Source of the DNA: Gnetum montanum
Taxonomy: Eukaryota > Plantae > Gnetophyta
Assembly: GCA_015680685.1 (NCBI GenBank)
Contig: MNCI01002249.1
Span: forward strand, 844,424 to 908,423
Reading direction: 5' to 3'
Length of the DNA: 64,000 bases
Position 1 is the stretch's first letter, and each line of letters opens with the position of its first letter. A model generated the notes under the pieces. The model did no database searches, had not been told where the DNA came from, and was given only the letters and a program-made list of their open reading frames with translations. The position numbers were made by a program, and so were the translations under genes. Shown here piece by piece: positions 24,283 through 34,300 of the stretch.

Positions 24283-27045
24283 GCAAGTTCGACCCAAGGT
24301 GGAGCAAAACAACCTAGGAGAGGTCGAAGACAAGTTCCTGCCGGACAACATAATGAACAGGAGGTGCATTCATTTAGCATCCATCAAGACGAACCTCCTA
24401 CCAGACGGTCCGGATAGGCAGAAGGAGGAGCTGCTGTGCCTGAACTGGGACAACAACTCACGTTGCCCCCCGAATGTGTTCAGGCCATCCACGCGAAGTC
24501 CACGATTGCTTCGGTAATTGTGGAACTCAACTTCGAATCTTTTGCAGAGTTCGCTCCTGAGGCTGTTAGGGATCACCTTAAAGGGTCTCCCTTCTGGCCT
24601 GTCCTCTCTGAACAAAGTGCCTGGTACTTAGGAGAAACGTACTTGTTTTGGCACAATAAAGAGCAAGGCACCACAGTAAACATCGGTGGTGTGTCAGTAG
24701 ATTTTTCTGCACAGGCGATTTCGGAAGTGTTAAATCTTCCGAATTCAGGCCCCCATGTTGCTCGGTTATCCACCCGATCCGACCCTGATGTGCGAAAGGA
24801 TTGGCTAGAGAAGGCTTATGGCAGAGATAAGGCTTTTGGTGAGCTGACCACGGAGGAGCGAGTCTATTTCAAAATCGGGACTTATCACCTCTTCCCCACA
24901 AAAGGCTTAAAGAGAATATCAACGTATGCGGCAAGAGGATGTGCAGTGTTGATGGGAAAGGTTAACGCTAACCTTCCTCATCTATATTTGACGGAGATCC
25001 TAAGGCGATTCGAAGAACGGAAGACAGGAAAAATGGCACTCCCTTTTCCCTGTCTTATCAGAAAACTGTGCCGTCGGGCAGGTATTCGGGGATATACAAA
25101 TGACGTCCTCCGAAAGGCCCAAAATGCTTCTTATGCTGAATTGTTAAAGGCGCCAGCTCCAAGAAAGAGTACTGGCGAAGAGTTGGGACCAGATGAAGAA
25201 AATGAAGAACAGGTGACTGAAACCCCTGCAACTCAGCTTGCAGGACCCAGTCAACCTCCAGCCACAGGTCCTAGCCAACAACAAGAAGCAGAACCCGGCA
25301 CAGGCCAGGATCAGCCGCCGCCGCAAGACTATAGACCGTCAATGAGCCACTTGAGGGCTATTGCTGAGACGGTCAGTTGGGGAAGTCGTGATGACACCAG
25401 TCTTTTCCGTGTCATCGATGATGCCAGGCAGCCTACAATTTCAATAGATCGCACAAGGGGTGAGTTGTCAGTACAAACAGGAGGAGGGGAAAGTAGATGG
25501 TCACAACAGATTTCTGGACATGCGGCATCTTTTCAAGTGCAATTAGAGACTGGTGAAGGGGCCACAGTGGTGGTCATGCAACACCAGGATGCCGCAGGAG
25601 CAGCTGATGTGGTAACTGACTACATCAAGGAATCTTTTCATGTACCTGTTGTGCCACCGGCAGATCTTTCAGGAGCACAGGATGCTCAAACCATTGCCGG
25701 AACCTCAATGACTCCTGCAGAACATGAGGATGCATTGGACAGATTGCTTCAAACAGGACAAGTTTTAACGTCTCTGTTTGACATCCCTCAGGATGTAACC
25801 GCAATGCAATCAGACCTCATTTCAACCAAGGGGAAACTGGTCATATCCGAAGTAAGGGCTGAACATGCTGAGGCTGAAGTGTAGAAATTACAAGAGCAGC
25901 TCATCGCCTTACAGGCAGCACAGCGGGATCCCTTGCGATTGGTTCCCGCAGACCAGTTAGACAATTTTAAAACCGAGCAATTAACCAAATTAATTACAGA
26001 AAATAAAAAGGTGGCAGAAGAAAAGGAGATGGCCACTTGGGATGCCTCCGCAGCACAGGCGCAAACTCATGTGCATCTTAAGGCACTCAAGGCCTTACAA
26101 GAAAAAAACAAATAGTTGATTGCTGATAACCTTCGGTTGACCTCTGTGGAGAAGCAAAAGAATGTTCTCGATGAGCACTTTCATCGGCTTCGGGAACAAT
26201 TCATTTGAGTCAACCAAGACGTAAGCCGTTTAGCCAGAGAAAATAGAACCCTCTCAATGGAGGAGATGCGCGCTATTCGACAGAAGTCAGCCATCGAAAT
26301 TAGCGCGTGGCAGAATGAGGCTAAATGACACGAGAAGCTGAAGGAGCACTTCCGTGACCAGGTGGGGATGTACAAACAGATCCTGGAAAAGGATATCCTT
26401 ATGGCAAAAGCCCAAATCAACAACATCAGTGCCCAGCACACTGATTGGGGGGCCATATTGGACACTTATGCCTATGCCCACCAGGCGGAAATTAAGAACC
26501 GGGACCTGCAGATCCAAGACTTAACTGAATACATGGAGTTGGCAAATCTTCGGTATGCCAACCTGGCCATGTTAACGGCAGGACGCCTGAGGTCAGAGCT
26601 CGAGCAGCAGGTAGCTTCCACCTACATCAAATATGAAGCAGAGTTTACAGAACAAAAGAAGTTGGCGGAAAAATTAGATGTTGCAAATTCTGAACTTGCG
26701 GTGGTAAAAGAGAGCTACCAAGGGTAGAAAGATGTAGCATCCGACTTGGCTCGACGGCTCACAGAACTTCACGAATATAAAGACAAAGCCAGAGCCTTTG
26801 AAGAGGAACGACGGGTGTTTGCGGCATGGTACGTCAAAGCTAATCAGATGTTCCCGCAACTACCCTGTCCGTGGGAAGTGCCGACTCCATCAAACATTGG
26901 AGTATCAGCATGGACGACACAAGACCCTCGGACCGAAGAGGAGAAGCTCCAGGCTATTCTTTAGTATCATCAATCTTCAAAACTTGGAGCACGTGACAAA
27001 GGGAAAGCACCCATGGAGGAGCCACCGCCACCAGGAACTACATGA
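24283..27045 (+). pseudogene. Athila-like extra (env-position) ORF, young copy, ~920 codons, N-terminus missing
   Basis: One continuous frame broken only by stops at 24415, 25882, 26113, 26206, 26326, 26725 and 26962; plant transposon protein (PF20167-like) pattern GVSVDFSAQAISEVLNLP...LPFPCLIRKLCRRAGI; long coiled-coil C-terminal half. Confidence 0.8.
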
Positions 27046-27182
27046 GTTCCACATTTTTGTAGTTGTAGCATTTTTTCTCTGTGTTGTGTCTTCCCACACT
27101 GCGGCATTAGTCCATTTCTTTTTCTAGTTAATAATCCCATACCTATCCACTGTGTAATCACTGAAGCTTGTTCTCCTTGTAA

Positions 27183-27216
27183 CTCGAGGACGAGTTTTTA
27201 TTCAGTCGTGGGGGTA
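27183..27216 (+). promoter_or_regulatory. Athila-type PPT region
   Basis: CTCGAGGACGAG...GTCGTGGGGGTA immediately before the LTR TGATGA. Confidence 0.75.
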
Positions 27217-28190
27217 TGATGAGACGCGGTTTGCGTCGGCCGCGATATCGCGTACGCGATATCGCGTCCTTCCCTACGATATCGCGTACGCGATATCGCA
27301 GTCCGCCGCCATGTCTATAAATAAGAGGCGGCACTCCCTTGTTTGGGGATCCCAGTTTTAGTGTAGCGAAGCTCTGGCAGTTTGATCCCTCCAGAGTTAG
27401 AATTTTCCCGTGTCTGCCCGCAGTGTGGTGAATGTGATTGTACGGTGTCTTTATTCGAGTGTGCCGTACTTGGACACGCACATGACCGGCAATAAAGATC
27501 GAGATTACTTCATCATTGCAGCATTCACTTAGTTTATTTATTTGTTATTTATTTAATGTTATTTATTGCTTTCATAGCGCGGTGTGAGTACGACTTAACT
27601 ACGAGCATCTACGGGTGTGTACGGCTAGTTAAGGAATCGGTTACTCATCGCGATTAGTTTCTCACCCTTAAACTCCTAGAAGCGGAACGAGTACGACTTG
27701 ATTACGAGCATTTAAGTGTGACTGCTTGGTAGCCCAGTGGTGTAGCTAGGGGGATCTACGCTTGGTAACCCAGTGGCGTATTTGGGGTCTGCGCTTGGTA
27801 ATCCCAGTGGCGTACCTAGGCCTATGCTTGGTAGTCCCAGTGGCAGTCGTGCATGAAGTCCAAGATGTGTACGGTTGATCAAGGAATCGGTTGCTCGTCG
27901 CACTTAGGCTAGATTAGATTTTCTTACCCTTTTTCCTCTTAGCTTAGATTAGTTAACATTATTTTCCATTGCCATCAGGAGTAGCGTTAGAATTAGAATA
28001 CATCATACACCTCATCTAGACTAAACCATACGTGACATATGCAAAACTAGTCTAGATGGGAAGATAGCGAACTGCGACCTAAGGCTAACTATCTAGGTGC
28101 CACAACTAGTCCATCTGCGGAGTTCGACCGGATCACGCGTGCGATGCTCGTTTCGTATGGTTGAGTGTAGGGGTACCTCGCCACTCATCA
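27217..28190 (+). mobile_element. Athila-like 3' LTR, young and CpG-intact (copy A)
   Basis: TGATGA...TCATCA termini; CTATAAATA at ~27315; homologous to five other LTR copies in the window. Confidence 0.92.
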
Positions 28191-29980
28191 ATAACAATAC
28201 AAGATCATGAACTTTAAAAGTTCTTTTCAAATCCCTTCTATTGAGCCACTTTTAACTTGGGAAGCATTCTTTAGTAAATTATCTTTAGCTCTATCCATTT
28301 TGGCTTCTCTTCTGATGAGCAAGGTCATGAAACTTCTATCTTTACCATTTTTCTTACTATACTTTTGTACAATTTCCGAGGTTGAACTTATAATCTTATT
28401 GATAATTATTGCAAGCAAACCATAGACCAAGTTATAAGCTAATGTTCCAATAACATTCTTAAATCTAATATGATCAGTCCATAATGCATATTGCAAGTAA
28501 TCAATCCAATTTCTTGGATTCCCATCCATCGACTTCTTAATATAGGAAATTAGCTTTTTATTTGTAGATTTAGCTAAGCCATTTGTTTAAGGAGAATAAT
28601 TTGAAGAAGAAAATAGAAAGATGGACCTTTTTAATGTCCATGTTATAAACTCTTCACATTGAAAAGTGGATCCATTATCACATACCAATACTAGTTTTAA
28701 AGGAGCTTTAGCCCTTTTGATTTTCGGTCCATAAATTTGACATTTGTAACATCTTTGTATTTTCAAATTAATATCTTGATACATACTAGGCCAATAAAAA
28801 TCATAATGGAGTATATGTTGCATTTTGGACTTAGGAGATTCATACAACAAATTAGAATGATCATGGAATTGTTCTAGGATAGGAATGATTTAATCATTGT
28901 GAACACATTCCAACAAAACCCCTCTAAAATCCTTTCTGTATAAAATCCCATTTTTAACCATAAATTTATTCTCCTTTTTGAAGAAAGCTCTATTTTAACT
29001 TGTAGTTAAGTTTTTCAGAACCTTTCGTATATCAAGGAATTCTAGAATCTCATCATACCAATTTCCCTTATGAGTCTTCAACACACATCATCTTCTTTAG
29101 CCATTAGCTTGGCTAATCCCATTCCTTTAATGGTTTTAAATATTTCCAATGAAAATCTAAAACCTTGAAGCTTAATGAGCTACTTTCCTCTCTTCAATCC
29201 AATTTCATTTTGGGCTAATTATTGTTTAACCATAGGCTCTATTAGCATAATGTGAACTAATGAACTTTCCAAATAATATTTGAAATGTTGAAGTGCCTTA
29301 ATAACTACAAACTCTTGTTTCTCTAAGCCTGAATAATTAAGCTATGAACCTTTTAATTGATATCCAAAAAATTTGATTGATTCATCTTGACCTTCATCTT
29401 TTTGAGTTAAAACGATAGCAATTGAATCATTTGAAGCAAAAGCATATAACCAAAAGTTGTCTTTCAATTTTTGTTTTACTAAGTAAGGATTTTATTGAAT
29501 GGATTTCTTAATTTCTGATAAAGCTTTCTCTATTTCTAGTGTTTTCTCTACTAGGTTGTCTTTCTTTAGCATATGTATCAAAGGTATAGTAATTTCAGTA
29601 AATCAAGGAATAAATTTCTTAATGAAATTTATCTTTACAAAGAAAGATCTAAGATATTTCTTACTTGTAGGATGTTCAATATTTTGTATTGCTTGAACTC
29701 GAGAGTCATCTATAGAAATTCCTTCTTGATAGATTACATGGCCTAGTAAACTTCGAAATTTAACTCCAAAGATAAATTTCTTAGGATTTAACGAAATACC
29801 ATACTCATGACATCTGCTAAAAACTTGTTGAAAATGACCAATATGATCTTGCTTTCTTTTTGAAAAGACAGTGATATCGTCGAAATAAACCATAATGAAC
29901 TCACCTATTAAACCTTTAAAGGCTAAATCCATTGCTCTTTGAAAAGTAGCTCCATCATTTGATAGCCTAAATGACATTAG
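28191..29980 (-). pseudogene. Non-chromovirus (Tat-like) Gypsy pol remnant: RT-RNase H-integrase
   Basis: FQRAMDLAF..VYFDDITVFS, GISLNPKK, FYWPSMYQD..CYKCQ, DNGSTF, YALWT; lineage differs from the Athila-like copies. Confidence 0.8.
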
Positions 29981-29989
29981 AAAGCGATT

Positions 29990-31349
29990 AGAAAGCTTCA
30001 TCTCTAGTAAGTTTTGGCCAAGAATGATAGGGTCTAATAAGTGAGCTTTCAATTCTATAACCTTAACTACCAACAATTAATTACTATTAATGGCTTCCTT
30101 AAGTTACATTTATGCAATTAGAAGTTTACCCCTTATCTCCAGTAGTAGTAATTGGATTGTTGAAATATCTTTTGGAATATCAAAGATCTTTGGAATTAGT
30201 TGCCTAACTCCAATTAGTTGCTCTAGAACTTTCTCATGTTGCACTGCACTTATTCCCTTACTCTCGCTTCTATAGATATTTGAATATTTGCCATTACAAA
30301 AATATTTAGAATAGAGGCTGCGTGAGCACTTAAAGCCTCTTCAATTATATTTTTCATAACCTATGATATTATTTCCTAGCCCTTGTGTGACATAACTAGG
30401 ACTATTACACCTTCATCTTCTTCTAACATTATGGAGAAAGCCACAACACTTCCAGAGATTTTGCGAAGTGGTTCTTGTGGCACAGACACTGTGATTTCTT
30501 ATGTGTTGGGATTAGTGTGAAAGGAGCCAAGTTCTTCCGTGTAGAGAACAAATGGGCTAGGACATTTGCTAGCCAATTGATAGTCCTTACCACTTCATTG
30601 AGATGACTCATGGATAAATGGTACATTAAGAACTTGCCACTACTCCCATAGGCTTGTTTCTACAACTACTATTCCCTAAGTTTCCTTAAGCATTTAGCTA
30701 CTGCTGGCATCTCTAGTGTCATCTCAGGTGCTATTAATGATGGTGGAGTTTCCACCTTCTCTTGAAGCTTGGCAAGGGCCTTATCTTTCATCATTTCTTG
30801 CCATGATTTGGTAGGGGCCCTATAGATCATATCATTGGAATAGTGAGCCATTCCTCTTCTTTTGTAAAGTTTTCTAATGAGGCATAGGAAGGGGAGTGTC
30901 TTCTAACCCTTCTCATTCTCCTTAAACTACTTCTTGATTTTCAAGAAGATGAATTACAGAAGGTTGACTTGGAATTTCTTACTTAGAGCTGGACATGCCC
31001 TTGCATAAAACGTAGTGACTTTTCTTGGTCCAAAGTTTAGTTCTTGGAGAATTGTGTGTTAGACTTTCCTACTCTATACCTTTTCTAACTAGGCCTCTGT
31101 TAGAGTAACTTCCAGGTTTGCCTTGGATCTTGGGACCTCATCCTACTTGGATTACCTTGTCTTTGCAGTGGGAACTTGGTGAATAGATTCCACCTCAAGT
31201 TCTTGTTGTAGGAGATTTGTAGCATGAGTCACCTCAACAACTTGCTTCTGCTACTATGGTGGTTACTACTACTATCCCCTACCTCCTCTTAGTCTCTTTT
31301 CCTTGGGTTGTGATGATCCACCTACTTGTGATCCCTATTTTAGTACCAT
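29990..31349 (-). pseudogene. Extra-ORF copy of element B (decayed, truncated)
   Basis: Starts MVLK*GSQVGGSSQPKEKR; contains LPFLCLIRKL..HYSNDMIYRA and YHLSMSHLNEVVRTINW, homologous to the 24.3-27 kb ORF. Confidence 0.75.
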
Positions 31350-34300
31350 TTGCAATGACATAAATAACCTTGGATCAGTTGTTTTGATTTCATTTCTTAA
31401 GTCTGTATAACTTGTAATCACTTTTTGAATTAGTGATAATTACAAAATATTTAAGATATTAAGGTTCTCAAGAGGTTGCAGATGTAAAATATTTAAGATA
31501 TTAAGGTTCTCAAGAGGTTCTACGTATAGGTCTTGAAGGTAGTTAATTTGTTGGTATTTGTCTTCATTTAGTATTATTTTAATGATTAATTTGTGGGGTG
31601 CTAGTAAAATTCATTGATTAATTTTGGTGTTGATGCTTCCATGACATAGAGCATACCTTCAAGAGTTTACAAGTCAAAGAATGAATGCAATCAAGTACGT
31701 GAGGAGAAAGTTATGGCTTTTGAAATGTTTTAGGCTCTAAAAATTGCAAAAAATCCAATAGAATTTGAAGTAAAATATGAAATGTTTCACTTATTTGAAG
31801 AAAAATATTAAAGTTTTCACTAAGTGTTATGTGTATTTATAGTATTTTTATATTGCATTGACTTATTGCATTGTGCTAACACAGTTGTTTGTAAAATTTT
31901 CCAATTCAAAAACTAAGGGATTTTTAAAGCAAAATGAGAGCCAAATGGAAGTTAGAAATGAGTGAGAATAATACAAACAACAAATCATAAGGCTTTCAAT
32001 CAGGACTTAGAGTAAAAGAATTGGTTAAAAAGAATGTAAAATTGGATGATGCGAGGCATCAAAATTATAGTAAAATGAATTTAGAGATGCAATGATGGCG
32101 TGTAAATAGGGTGTTAAAAAAGTATGTAAGTGGGTCCTCCCCAAAGTAGGCCCATGACTAGAAATTACCTTGCATAACCATGCCACAGGGAGTCTATGGG
32201 CATCTTGAAAATTTAATGTTAATCCATGTAGACATCATACCCAACACAACTACTATCTTTAGTCATATGCACTCTACAAGACTAAAAATTGATTAGACAA
32301 CAATGGTATAGAGTAGTGAGGTAAATAATGCAATTTAGAAGGTGTTTGTAGAGAGATAGAGATATGAGAGCCTAAATCACTTTGACCAAAGGTCCTTGTG
32401 ATTTACATGATTAAAGTGAATCGTATACTTATCCATCTAGGGTCTAAACCAAGTCCATACCATTAATAGTGACCTCGCATTACTATGCTTCTTCCTTCCT
32501 GCAACAACCACAAAAGATGATCATCACTCAGGAAGTAGAAGAAAGGAACAAGGAAGAAGTTAGATATTTTAGGAAGAAATTTGGGCCTTAGTTAGAGGGG
32601 TGTCTTTAGACATGAGTAGCATGTCTCTTTAGCATCATAACCAATGCTTGTTTCTTAAGAGATATTCATAGAGGTGTCTTTTTGTTCTCACTATTTAAGG
32701 GAACCACACTTTACAAAGAACACACTTCCTTTTTGGAAAATAAGAAGAGTGATGATACATTTCCCATGGGTTCATGAGACTCATGGAAGGAGTCAAGAAG
32801 AAAACTTAACAAATCCCCTTGAGATCACACCCTCATTCATTTTCACTTCGTTCTTTCCCCATTCATTAAGTAATGAGGTCACGAGTTATTTTTAGTTTTA
32901 ATGTAAAAAAACCATAGTGGCTCCATGATATGGGTTCCATATTGAGAGATGACATGGGTGGATGTCATGCGCTCATTACCTTGTACCATTGTATAACTGA
33001 CAATTCGCTAGTAGAGGACATAGTCCCAAAAAAAATGTTGGCCTATGCATAAGAATAATAATCATGTTAATTGTATTTAGTGATATTAATAACTAAAATA
33101 ATAATAAAATACTATTACAACAACATGTATGACATGAAGAATAAAAGGAAATTAATGAAAATTGATGCAAACTAAAGGAAAAAAATAAAGGGAAAAATAT
33201 ATAAAAAATCAAAATATTAAGAAAATGGAAAACACATGAAAAGTAGTCAAAAAATAATGAAAAATGGTGTAAAATAAATAATCAAAAACCTTATCCTCCT
33301 CAAGGTGTTAAATGAAATGGTAATCTCCTTCATGACTAAGTTTGGAGGGGAAGATCTTAAAAATAGAGTGTACTTGTCCTTACATTGAGGTGTTGTGGTT
33401 GGTTCTGGTTATTTGGAAGTCTTTAAAGGGCTTTGCTTGTTAGATGTTGATCAACATATGCTTTTGGAGGCTCATTGGGTGGTAGATTATCATAGCCTTG
33501 AAAGAAAAAGTTGAATGTATGATGTATGATCTTTCCTGTAGTGTTTGGAACTTAGTTCATTGAGGGACATGCATGGGATTTCAATAGACAGCGTTGCTTT
33601 TTAGTTGAAATTCAACTTTTCTTATTTAGGCATCATGTCAGTGTTTAGGGTATGCCTTGTATACTTCATTCATCATCAGAGCTATCCTTTGATTCTCATC
33701 TAGCATGTTGAGCACCATTAATCTTTCTTTTCATGCTGAGTCAATGTTTAAGTGAAGGTCACATGCAAGTGTGAGTATACAGAGTTTAGTTTAAATTGGA
33801 AGTTTGGGTAACTTTTTGTACACTAACATATATGGAAAGTAGCCTATAGGAAGTTTCCAAGTTAAGCAATAAGCCCATAAGGTATCGTTTAGTTTTGTAC
33901 TCCAATCTTTTGTATACCTACTAATGGTTCTTGTTAGAATCCTTGTAATTCTCCTATTAGTCAGTTTAATTTGACCATTGACTTAGTTATGATAGGATGT
34001 TATAAGTTTATATTCCAACCCTAAATGTTGCATCAACTTCCAAAAGGTAGTACTAGTGAAATGAGTTTCATTATCAAATATTAATATCCTAGGTATATGA
34101 AACCTATTTATTACATGTTTTGGAAAGAAACAAAGTGTAGTAGAAGAAGTACAGTTAGTAACAACTATAGCTTCAGGCCATTTGATATAATAGTCAATAG
34201 CAACAATGATATAAGACTTCCCATTAGACATGAGAGTGATGGATCCCATGAAATTAATCCCCCAAAGATTAAAAGGCTCTAGTGGTTGGATCCACTATTG

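Noticed and set aside
24436-25884. Stand-alone 482-aa host gene
   Set aside because: It starts at GTG, is bounded by transition-type stops within a longer frame, precedes a PPT and LTR, and has decayed paralogs in the neighbouring elements.
27602-27627. Group II intron domain V resemblance (GAGC...GTACGG)
   Set aside because: The AGC is not paired as in domain V, and there is no domain VI or intron boundary; kept only as an unknown motif.
27158-27903. Antisense ORFs (107 aa and 63 aa) in the LTR
   Set aside because: They arise from GC-rich palindromes and repeats, and no equivalent ORFs appear in the other LTR copies.
28148-28190. Hammerhead ribozyme (retrozyme) on the antisense LTR end: TGATGAG...CGAAAC
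   Set aside because: TGATGA is simply the LTR terminus. The core C is missing, stem II is poor, and GAAA is replaced by GAAT in the copies at 43.7, 49.6 and 53.3 kb.
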